Below are positions 28,101 to 37,531 of a stretch of DNA of 64,000 nt, one piece after another; position 1 is the stretch's first letter, and every line of letters starts with the position of its first letter. Origin of the DNA: Octopus sinensis. Its lineage: Eukaryota. The notes beneath the pieces are model-generated. The model was given only the letters and a program-made list of their open reading frames with translations. It was not told the origin of the DNA and searched no databases. The stretch is taken from contig NC_043004.1 in NCBI RefSeq assembly GCF_006345805.1, forward strand, positions 13,082,001 through 13,146,000, written 5' to 3'. The position numbers were made by a program, and so were the translations under genes.

Positions 28101-28299
28101 CGTCTGGAACTTTTTTAATAGGTGCACTTACATAGCTGTAAGTTTGAAGGCAAAGGCAAGGTCATGCACCAAAAAACTATCGGATGAGGACAAAAGCAAA
28201 CAGTACTTCCGTGACTCAATAAGAAGGAATATATTTACCGTTTTATTTTTAACTTGGAAAATTCAAGCATTCGAAATAGCATCTCTGAAGTTGTATATG

Positions 28300-28800
28300 A
28301 TACATTAGGAAACGCAGTGTTCTTAGCATCCCTATGTACAATTACGAGAGAAAGCACCAGATAGTGTTTTAAAAGCACCTAGAAACGACTATTCCTTTGT
28401 ACAAAAGAAATAGATGTATTCATCCACGCAGTCATAATCTTTGATTTGTTTGCGATTCAACCCCTGGTTTCAATCTGGTTGGTTTGAGAATTATTGGTTT
28501 TATTTCAAAAATTGTCACGTGTTCAAGTTTCAAATATCGTGATAATGAGCATTTCATATGTGCCGTTCGTTTTGAGGGTGCGATACAGTATTTGCTCGCA
28601 AGGACAAGAGCGAGAATCCGTTTGGTAGATGTGGCGTCTGGACGATGGAATCACAGATAGATGTGCATTTTACTGAGCAACATTTTGAGACTCCGAATAT
28701 TGCCAACACTCGCGAAAACCTAGGGAGTAATTTACATGAACGTATACTTAAGAACAACAAATCCAATTCGTTGACATCTGTTCACAAGAGAAGAGAAATG
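28300..28800 (-). pseudogene. Putative decayed LRR fragment
   Basis: LLFLSIRSCKL (28729-28761), followed across a frameshift by VFASVGNIRSLKMLL (28675-28719), fits an LxxLxLxxCxL…FxxLxxLxxL pattern. Confidence 0.35.
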
Positions 28801-28848
28801 TACTGTTAGAAGTATGGAACAAAGGCAAACTTCCATTCACCAGTGATA

Positions 28849-29150
28849 TACGAGGGGATGCTGAAGAGTTCCTGGCCCTAGATAAAAGAAATACAGGAGG
28901 ATCAGTTATTTATTCAGGATGTGATTCAGAATATTTCTCTCTCAGAATCACACACTTATCGCAGCGGTCCTTCAGTTTTTCTAAGCCCTGAAATAGAACA
29001 CCGAAGTTTGGGCTCTCAACCAGGCTTTTCGGGATAACCTTACAGCCAGAAATCTTTCAGCACTTCCTCCTTCTATACCAGAATTTTTTCAAAGTTTTGT
29101 ATCAAGCAGGGATCGTGAGGATCAGCATATAAACTCAGTCATTTGATCTT
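28849..29150 (-). mobile_element. Mariner (Tc1/mariner) transposon 3' remnant with a TIR
   Basis: TA followed by TACGAGGGGATGCTGAAGAGTTCCTGG, a mariner-type TIR start. The minus-strand translation W..Q..FY..GLEKLKDRCDKCVILREKYSE matches the mariner C-terminus (GIxKLxxRWxKCxxxxGxYxE). Confidence 0.75.
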
Positions 29151-30224
29151 TCTCCTTAGGATTTTGGTTGGAACACGGTAACAGAACCTTTGAAATCATC
29201 TCAAGAAAAATTCCAGAGGTCTCAAAAGCGTTTACGAAACTGGTCACCTGTTCCCGTCACGGATACCACTCCGACTGCATGCGGGCCAGAGCAAATTTAA
29301 CTACTCATGCCGAAAAGAACATTGTAAACAGTGTCTTAGTGGTGCAAATGCCACATATTTTATTCGGCGATATACTTCTTGGTTTAGGAGTTATTTAACT
29401 GAAATATATCTGTAAAATTTACATGAACGTACATATTTTAATAATGCTTTGGATTATGTAGGTTTTTGCCTAATTCCCAGGTTTGAAAAACAGCGAAGAT
29501 TTGTCACAGATGCTAGGCATCTAAGACACGAATTTCTTTAGCAATTTTTATCGTTATATTTATTTTTAATTATTAATTCTTATGCATTTTAAAAAATATC
29601 TGTAGAGAATATTGGCTAATATTTATTAATTGGACCCTAAGGAGCCTCATACAAAACATGATGTATTTATCCGCCAGTTACTGTTAATTCCACTAAACCG
29701 CCAGATAAATAAATGAAATTCAAGACGCCATACTGAACGAATATACCTTATGAAAATATCTAGATAATTACATTCAGGGAAAATAATTACAAATATGTGA
29801 GTCTTAATATTTCCTATAGGATTGGATTAAAAAAATATGGAGATAAAGACTTCAAGTAATAATAATCAGACGTATATGTAGTTGGAGAAAATTGTATATA
29901 AAACATGCAAACATTTGCTGAGAGAAATATGTTTGAAAAAACGGATTAGTTAAAAATAATGATGACAGTATATGAATGAAAAGACACATATTAACATTCA
30001 CATATGCGTCTGTTAGTCCTAATATGTGTATACATACACTACGTATACAAATATAAACATCCACACACACATATACGCACATCATACATATGCATGATAT
30101 AGTACCTCATGGCCAACGTTATAACATACGGCATGTCTTAGGGTCCTTAAAACCTCCCAAAACTGATCTTCTTCTCGTCTGATCACAGGTGATTTCTCCC
30201 AGAAAGAGATAGATAGTAAATGGA

Positions 30225-30312
30225 CGAATCGACACCAGTACACTGCAGGCATTTTATTTGTCGATCCCGAAATGATAAAAAGCAAAGTAGACCTCGGTGG
30301 AATGTGAACTAA
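30225..30312 (-). mobile_element. SINE family D fragment
   Basis: TTTATTTGTCGATCCCGAAATGATAAAAAGCAAAGTAGACCTCGGTGGAATGTGAACT is the reverse complement of the central part of 53275-53507. Confidence 0.65.
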
Positions 30313-30468
30313 GTAGGGGATTTAAACTCAGAGACCCTGACAAAGACCCTATTATTTAAATCAAGATATCCACGATATTCATATATTCTATATAAAACAA
30401 TGAATACATTTCGTTTATGTAATTGGTTTGCAAGATTCTTTATGTGAGTCCGTGTGTTGAAGCATATT
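30283..30468 (+). repeat. 186-bp direct repeat, copy 1 (copy 2 at 32059-32244)
   Basis: Near-identical sequence from CAAAGTAGACCTCGGTGG to GTGTTGAAGCATATT, with the copies 1776 bp apart. Confidence 0.9.
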
Positions 30469-30658
30469 TTATTGCGTCTGTGGAGAGTCATTCTCTTTTA
30501 GTGCCCTATTATTTAATACATTCACCGGTTCGATTTCCACTCATTTAGTTATTTATTTTTTCTAGAAAAAATAAAGCTAAATGAGTGGAAATCGAACCAG
30601 TGAGTGTGTTAAATAATAGGGCACTAAAAGAGAATGACTCTCCACAGACACAAATAAA
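30467..30658. repeat. Foldback palindrome, ~95-bp arms with no spacer (MITE-like)
   Basis: …GTCTGTGGAGAGTCATTCTCTTTTAGTGCCCTATTATTTAA…CCACTCATTTAG…TTTTTTCT|AGAAAAAA…CTAAATGAGTGG…TTAAATAATAGGGCACTAAAAGAGAATGACTCTCCACAGAC…, centred at 30563/30564 with few mismatches. Confidence 0.9.
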
Positions 30659-30709
30659 TAAATACTTTATTTCCTAAATTATTGCGAAACATCCGTTTGA
30701 TATGTTTAA

Positions 30710-31070
30710 CTCTTCATAAAATCGTCAAACGGAATCTAAGTAGTGGAAGAAATTCAACGTCTTTCGGCACACTGAGGTATCCTTAATTTAGCTATACAGC
30801 CAGAGAACTTTCACCAGAACGGGAAAGCGTCGTGAACGAATTCCTTGCAAATTATAAACAATTTTTTCTTCTTATTTTCATAAAGTCGGGAAATTTTGTT
30901 TCTATAACACGAAGTCCTTCTGTAATGTGCTGAGTATACCATACAGCCTGAAAGACATTCAGCATGCAGTTACACACTCTTGGATAATACCATTATATAC
31001 TTCTGTTTGTCTCCTACCAGCATCAATGAATCTTATGAGTATGATGGGGAAGCAGTTGCAGATATCTATC
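30710..31070 (-). pseudogene. Diverged paralog of the 27690-28050 block (putative N-terminal part of an LRR/TLR-like gene)
   Basis: Colinear nucleotide similarity (AACGGAATCTA, AGCTATACAGCC, GAATTCCTTGCA, GAAAGACATTC, GCAGTTACAC, CCATTATATAC, GGAAGCAGTTG). The shared minus frame reads RYLQLLP…CNC.NVF…ARNS…VPKD. Confidence 0.4.
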
Positions 31071-31227
31071 CACAAGATTTAAACTAAGAGCCCCTGAAAA
31101 AAGAAAACCCTATTATTTAAACCATTGGGTCTACAATATAATTACATTTTAAATAAAAAAAAATTATATGCATTATTTTCGAAATTATTGCGAAACATTC
31201 TTTTAATATGTTGTTTATTTGCCTTAA

Positions 31228-31585
31228 GGAGACGCAATAGACCCAGTGGTTAGGATAGAGGACTCGCGGTTTCGATTCCCTGACCGGGCGTTGTGAGTGT
31301 TTATCGAGCGAAAACAGGTAAAGCTTCACGAGTCTCCGGTTGGGGTGGGGCGACCCCTTCTCTACTCTTTCAGCACAACTTTCACTCTTCCTGTTTCTGC
31401 TGTATCTGTATTCCAAAGGGCCAGTCTTGTCACACTCCGTGTCACGCTGAGTCTCCCCGAGAACTGCGTAAAAGGTACACGTGTCAGTGGGGTGCTCAGC
31501 CACTTGCACGTTAATTTCACGAGCAGGCTGTTCTGTTGTTCGGATCAACTGGAACCCTCGTCGTCATAACTGACGGAATGCCACG
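31228..31585 (+). mobile_element. tRNA-derived SINE, family B, tail type 2, with an 11-bp target-site duplication
   Basis: Family B head and body; the tail ends …GGATCAACTGGAACCCTCGTCGTCATAACTGACGGAATGCCAC. Flanked by ATTTGCCTTAA at 31217-31227 and 31586-31596. Confidence 0.85.
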
Positions 31586-31890
31586 ATTTGCCTTAATAAT
31601 ATATAAACACATAAGTAGCTGCGAGAGAAATTATTTCATATCAAAATTCATTAGAGGAGCTATAGAACGAGTTGTATGATTTTAAAGTAATTTGCTTAAC
31701 CAGGTTCATTAAAGAAATAGATACTAGTGGGACCAAAGTTTCAATAAAAATTCAAAATGAAAGAATGAAAGGTGAAACACAGTTAAATATATCCTGCTAG
31801 GTTTGTAAGATATAATTGACAAATTTTTAAAGGTAGAAACAACGAAGATGGCCATAGAAGTTTATTAGAAACACACAGATGGTGTAAAAC

Positions 31891-32060
31891 TGGCAATTCG
31901 TCGGTTACGACAACGAGGGTTCCAGTTGATCCGAACAATGAAACAGCCTGCTTCTACAATAAACTGCAAGTGGTTGAGCACGCCACAGGACCGCGTACCT
32001 ATAATGAATTTCCTAGAAAGATTGAGCGTAACACAGAATAGGACATGGCTAGCCCTCTCA
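31891..32060 (-). mobile_element. SINE family B tail type 2, 3' fragment in inverted orientation
   Basis: TGGCAATTCGTCGGTTACGACAACGAGGGTTCCAGTTGATCCGAAC is the reverse complement of the 3' end of 31228-31585. Confidence 0.8.
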
Positions 32061-32244
32061 AAGTAGACCTCGGTGGAATGTGAACTAAGTAGTGGATTTA
32101 AACTCAGAGACCCTGACAAAGACCCTATTATTTAAATCATGATATCCACGATATTAATATATTCTATATAAAACAATGAATACATTTCGTTTATGTAATT
32201 GGTTTGCAAGATTCTTTATGTGAATCCGTGTGTTGAAGCATATT
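32059..32244 (+). repeat. 186-bp direct repeat, copy 2
   Basis: See 30283-30468. Confidence 0.9.
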
Positions 32245-32249
32245 ATAGG

Positions 32250-32350
32250 TCCTACTCATTTTTGCCAGCTGACCGGACTGGAGCAACGTGAAATAAAGTT
32301 TCTTGCTCAATGATACAAAGCACCGCCGTGTATCGAACGCATGACCTGAC
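32250..32350 (-). mobile_element. SINE family A-related fragment
   Basis: CAGCTGACCGGACTGGAGCAACGTGAAATAAAGTTTCTTGCTCAA matches 1215-1258. Confidence 0.65.
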
Positions 32351-33099
32351 TTTTACAAACTGATTTTATATGACGCTATAGAATGTATATGGGAAAACGA
32401 GATTACTTATGTGCTTATAAGAAAACAGCGTACGACAAAGACTAAATGAATATGATGAATAACAGGATATGATGGATATTCTATAGCAATTAATTATAAG
32501 GGCAAACAGATGCCCGTAAGACAAAGCATTTAGTTTTAATGCATTTTAGTGTGCAGATGACATCTATGTCTACAAGTTACAACTGATTGTGAATGTCGAT
32601 TGTAGAAAAAAGAAAATTATAGAAAAAAGAGGACAATTTCATAGGATTTCTAATTGCACACTTATGAAACTGTCATGGTTGTGGAATATACGGTTTGCTA
32701 CATACAGTTTCTAGATCATTTTAAAAGGATTATTAAAATATTTTAAGCACCAAATATATGCTGACATTGATGCCGAATGTATTAGTCGATTTCACTGGTC
32801 TGCATTTGGGAATTATTATTATTATTTATTTCTATTCATGGATATGACCTTACAATATTCTTGGGATGCTGATTTTAAATATCTAAACCATTTTGCTCTG
32901 TCACATAAAGATGCTGAACAAAAGAAAAGTTAATAGCAATAATAAAAAATGTTAATTTTTTATAAATTGTTACTTTATTAACAGCAAGTAATCAGGGAAA
33001 AGCACATTCTGTTAATTTTAAGAACATATGTTTTCTAAATCAACATGAAATGAACCACGTCCCTCATTAAATGAATCAGCATTATCAACATCAAGCCAA

Positions 33100-33455
33100 A
33101 TGAATGTGAAAAATATGATCCTAATGGCTAGCCTACATGATGATTCAAAGGAAGGAGGACCGCTTTGATTTACGCCTGTGCTGTGCATCACAACCATCAC
33201 ATTTCAATGACCAGCAGTAATCCGCCATCATGTTGACATTCCATTTGCCCTGGTATCGAGTTTCCATGGTACAAATGTCTTGACAGAACCGCTCTCCTTG
33301 TTCCTTACCGTAGTCCCCACAATTTTTGGTAAAATAGTCAAGATGCGAGCGCAAACAATACAGCTTCACACTCATTCTAGACCCAAGTTGTTAGAAACTT
33401 GATGTCAGGTCTTGGATCATTTTTTCATACTATGGGGAGCGGCTGTTTCCGAAGA
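33100..33455 (-). mobile_element. C-terminal fragment of a DDE transposase, probably Chapaev3/CMC-like
   Basis: VFGNSRSP*YEKMIQDL…LGSRMSVKLYCLRSHLDYFTKNCGDYGKEQGERFCQDICTMETRYQGKWNVNMMADYCWSLK matches the MSxKxHxLHSHLDxFPxNxGxxSEEQGERFHQDI…MADYCW motif. The superfamily name is from memory. Confidence 0.7.
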
Positions 33456-34660
33456 CATCTAACCTTTAGCCTAAGAATGTGACGTGTAAGCCCTACTGGC
33501 TCCAATGAGTTGAGAAACTCGATAGGGTAATTGACAATGTCTTGGGGGTCAGAGGTCCGGTCAATCGATTTGTAGAGGCGCTCCTCACCCGGGATTCAGC
33601 TTATGAGCTAGTCGTTGATAGCACTGACAGCTACGTTTTGGGAGGCCAGGTTGTTTCTTTCACTGAGCCAATTGATGTCTGCATAATTGCTTTCCAGATT
33701 GGGGAACACTATTTCCAAAAGATCGGAAGGGGTTGTCCACGGTGTTGCACAGTTCAGAGATGGATATGTCGCCCCTATCATTCCTAGGGATCTTGCCTTC
33801 TCCAGGGGCTAAAATGTTTTCAGCAAATGCTGAAGACGTGATATCACCAAGCAAGTGTGCACATGTTTGTGCTTAGGCTTAATGTCTTAACCTGGAACCA
33901 CAACGTGGATGACTTAAGGCATGCGCGCACTTCATCAGCCCAGCTCCCTTTAGGGATGACAGGAAGGATTTGCCGGAAATCTCCTGAAAGCAATAGAGTT
34001 AACCACCCATAGAAGCTGTAGAATTCCTGATACCTTTCAGTAACCGGCCCAGTGCCTCATGGGCACATTTATTGGTCATTGTGCATTCGTCTCATACAAT
34101 GAGACGGCACTGTCTAACAACTTCAGCTTCCTCTGAATTTTTGCCATTGTTGCAAGTAAGAACCTCGGCCCTCACCAAATGTAAAGGCAGCTTGAATGCC
34201 AAGTGCACCGTCCTACTTCCCGGCAATAAAGTAGCAGCAATTCCCGAGGAAGCAACGGCTAGAGCAATTTGTTTCTTGCAACGAATCTTAGCAAGTATCA
34301 ATTGTGTTACAAAGGATTTGCCGGTAACTCTAGTAGCATCAAGGAAAAAAATGCCGTCCGCCTGTTTTTAATCGGCACTGACGATAGTCTCTTACACTAG
34401 CCTCTGAACAGGGAGCAATTTCGGTTCATTTACTGTCAGGTACTTCGCAAAGCCATCTGCGTCATACAACTCCATAAGTAACTTTGGTGGGAGTGTGTTA
34501 ACGTCCTGTCGCAATGAGGATGGCCAACCGAATGTGTTCAACGCTGATCCACCCATTTTGAGTAGGGCATCCTCGATTTCAATCAGCACATTATTGTAGA
34601 TCAGGTGATTGTATCCAATGTCAACATTAGGGTACTGTTGCTTTACCAGTCACCATTTGC
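33456..34660 (-). mobile_element. Helitron RepHel Pif1-type helicase fragment, degenerate
   Basis: In order on the minus strand: FFLDATRVTGKSF (degenerate Walker A), IALAVASSGIAATLLPGSRTVH, CRLIVWDECTM, SGDFRQILPVIPKG…ACLKSSTLW, WLSERNNLASQN, YKSID…NYPIEFLNSLEPVGL..HILRLKV. These are the canonical Helitron helicase motifs. Confidence 0.9.
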
Positions 34661-35557
34661 TTTGACCACCAAGAAAGCAAAATTATGTACAGAGAATTTC
34701 ATGAAATAAATGGAAAAAAAGTTTTAGATTAAAACTTTAGATTAACACTTGCACGATTTTCACTAAGAAAATATGCTACAAAAACCCTTTTTATGCTACA
34801 AAAACCCTTTTTGTGGTCTGAGAAACGGGGTGTGGTGTGGTGGGGCCTCGGAAATTTTACCCATTTTTATTGTGTAATTCACAGACAAATTGTTACCTAC
34901 CTTTTTGTTTCTATGTTGTTAAATAAATGGATTCCCAACAAAACACTTTTTTCCTCGGCGTAAAATAAAAGCAAAACTTTTTCTCGTCCAAAGTAATGTG
35001 TGTGTATGAGAGAGGGAGGGAGAAAGATGAACGATTTAAAATAAATAAATAATTTAAAATAAATATATTTTAATTGTTGTGTGAGAAAGTATATATAATC
35101 TGATTATGAAATATAGTGTCTTTCAAAAACATCCTAAATTTGAATACTATATCTCTTGTTTAAGAAAAAAAAAACATTTTACATATTTATTTTTGGTGAA
35201 CGCTGCCACTTACTATATCACCCACACACACATACATCAACGCACAGCTTCTCCCTCTCCCTCACACACACAGACGCACACACACACATATGCACATACG
35301 CACACACACAAGCATACACTTTCACTTGGCTATTACAGGATGGGACTTAACTCATGTTAGCAAACTTCAAAATTGGTAGCAGTTATTGTTGAAATTAGAT
35401 TTTTACCGCTATCCTCGGGTGCCTCGGGAAAAAATAAGTTGACAAAACTCCGGTAGGATGATGACGAATGTTCTCCTAAAATTGGAGTGACATGCGTGCT
35501 AATTTGTGGACGTGCATTAACTACATTCACGTATACAGACATACACACACATCTTGC

Positions 35558-35565
<8 letters not shown>
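34660..35565 (-). mobile_element. Probable non-coding 5' region of the same Helitron
   Basis: The reverse complement of 35531-35568 (TATATATAAAAGGCAAGATGTGTGTGTATGTCTGTATAC) resembles the 5' end of the non-autonomous Helitron at 45731 (TCTTTATATATAAAAGTAAGGTTGTGTGCTGTCTGTC). It lies upstream of the helicase on the same strand. Confidence 0.45.
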
Positions 35566-35598
<33 letters not shown>

Positions 35599-35643
35599 AA
35601 ACAAGTAAAAAATAGAAAATGCTAAAATAATTTTATAGTGAAC

Positions 35644-35689
35644 ATTTCAGTACCGGTTTCGGTCATTTTGAGACCTTTTCAACTGTAAC
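35644..35689 (-). ncRNA. Minimal type I hammerhead ribozyme (U3-A8 core variant), left arm
   Basis: GTTACAG-TTGAAAA-GGTC tcaaaat GACC-GAAA-CCGG-TA-CTGAAATG: stem I CAG/CTG plus extension, 4-bp stem II, palindromic stem III ACCGGT and a GUA cleavage triplet. Confidence 0.75.
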
Positions 35690-36385
35690 GATTAAATAAT
35701 TAAATTTAGAAAAATTAGAAGAAAAGTTTTTTTAAAAGAATATTTCTATAGTAGTGTTCAGATTTAAGTGGCATTCTGCCTTTCTCTGACTCCCTTGTTT
35801 GCACTTGTGTGTTCGAGGTAGTTGTGAGCTCTTGGTAGGGTAGTAGAGAGAAGGCTGGTGAGGAAAGGGGGGTGGGAGAATCTGGGAGTGCCCTGATGGT
35901 CGTATTTTGAATGGTCAGTGGCGGCTGGCAGTCTCAGTTCAATTCAGGAGAATATTTATGTGGACAGGCTTCTTTATAGAATTAGCGTAGGTGTTATACT
36001 AAAAAACATTAGTGACAAACTTAAGGGGTAGGGGGTGGAGAAGAAGAAGAAGAAGAAGAAGAAGAAGAAGGAGAAGGAGAAGGAGAAGATGACGATGATG
36101 GTGATGGTGGTGATGATTATGACGACGATGATGATGATAACGCTGATGATGAAGAAGAAGAAGAAGAAGAAGGAGGAGAAGGAGAAGATGGTGGTGATGA
36201 TGGTGGCGATGATGATGATGCCGATGATGATGATAACGTTGATGATGAAGAAGAAGAGGAAGAAGAAGAAGAGAAAAACAGAGAAGGGAGAATATGAATG
36301 TAAATATAGCTATGAAGGGGCTGATTAGTAATGGATTCTATTGAGTGTAGTATTTGTGTGTGTATATATATTTTTTTCTTTTATT

Positions 36386-37531
36386 CTAAAGTTGAGGTAT
36401 ATAATTGTTTGTCGTAGACCCGTTAAGAAGTGGCTTGTATTTTGTAATAAAGAGATTTTCTTTACTTACGTTGTCTCGAGGTTGTATCGTCCCTAAATTG
36501 GTAGAGGGGGAAAATTCTGAAGTTTGGTGTTTTTTTGTTGGCGCAAGTATCTATGTGTTGGCTAAAAGCTATTTTTCTGTTTTGGGGAATTTTTATCTGG
36601 GATCTGTGCAGGGCCATTCGTTTACGCAAACAATTTTTGTTTGGCCTATGTACTGCTCTTGACACCCGGAGCAGGTTAGTGAGTATATTAGGTTCTCCGA
36701 AGCACATGTGAAGTTGCTTTTCACTGTAAAACGTTGTCCCTGTTTGAGGAGAACTCAGAACCTCGATTAGATAGTCGCATATCCCGCAATTGGGTCTTCC
36801 ACATTTTTTTACTGTCGGCTTCTGTGTTGAAGAGTGAATTCGGGCTTGTGTAAGGAGACTTTTCATGGATCTAGGCTGTCTTTTGCTTTTTATGATCGTG
36901 TGTTTGGAGGATTGTGTTCATTCTGTGGTCTTTTTTTAGGAGGGGTATGTTGTGGAGGATGGTGTCGAAGGCTTCGTTATTGAGAGGGTTGTGTGTGGAG
37001 ATGTATGGTAAGGCTTTTGGTTGTAAGTTTTTTCTTTGATTTGGGATGTCTCAGTTCCTTGATGTTAAGTTGAAGGGCACGTGAATGCATTTGTCAATAA
37101 GTGAAGGTGGATAGTTCCTGGTGATTAGGGTATCTTTTAGTTCTTGTAGTCGTGTGTCTCTGGTGTTTGCGTTAGAGACTATAGTGCATATCCTTTTTGC
37201 TAGATTGAAGGGGATATTCATCCTGGTGTGTCTGGGTGGCATGAATTGAATGGAAGATATTGCTTAGAGTCTGTAGGCTTATAGTATATGTCTGTTTCTA
37301 TTATATTATTAGCTTTCTTAATGAGGATATCGAGGAAGGGGAGTTGTTGTTGGCTATATTCCATCGTGAATTGGATGTTTACGTCCAGTCCGTTTAAAAT
37401 TTTCTGGAATTCTATGAGTTTTTCTATATTTTTATGCCAAAGGATGAAACAGTCATCTAGATATCTCTTCCAGTTGTTTTCTATGTAGATGGAGAAAGGG
37501 CTGCCATATCTTTCTAGAACCTTACGGTACA
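36386..37531 (-). pseudogene. PLE RT-GIY-YIG ORF, C-terminal ~380 codons with a few 1-bp frameshifts
   Basis: Track ORFs 37051-37242 and 36462-36866 plus intervening frames join into one protein. The frameshifts differ between the two arms. Confidence 0.85.

Larger units (their letters stand above)
35595..37531 (-). mobile_element. Penelope-like retroelement (Poseidon/Penelope type), 5'-truncated; left arm of the palindrome
   Basis: Minus-strand translation: NNWKRYLDDCFILW (RT catalytic motif), IQFTMEYSQQQLPFLDILI, NIPFNLAKRICTIVS…RLQEL…RNYPPSLID (thumb), KCGRPNCGIC (Cys linker), NLIYSLTCSGCQEQYIGQTKNCLRKRMALHRSQI (GIY-YIG), ENLFITKYKPLLN. The 3' region ends in a hammerhead motif. Confidence 0.93.

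Noticed and set aside
30283-32244. The 186-bp direct repeats as LTRs of a retrotransposon
   Set aside because: No TG…CA ends, PBS, PPT or internal gag/pol, and the repeat starts in the middle of a SINE.
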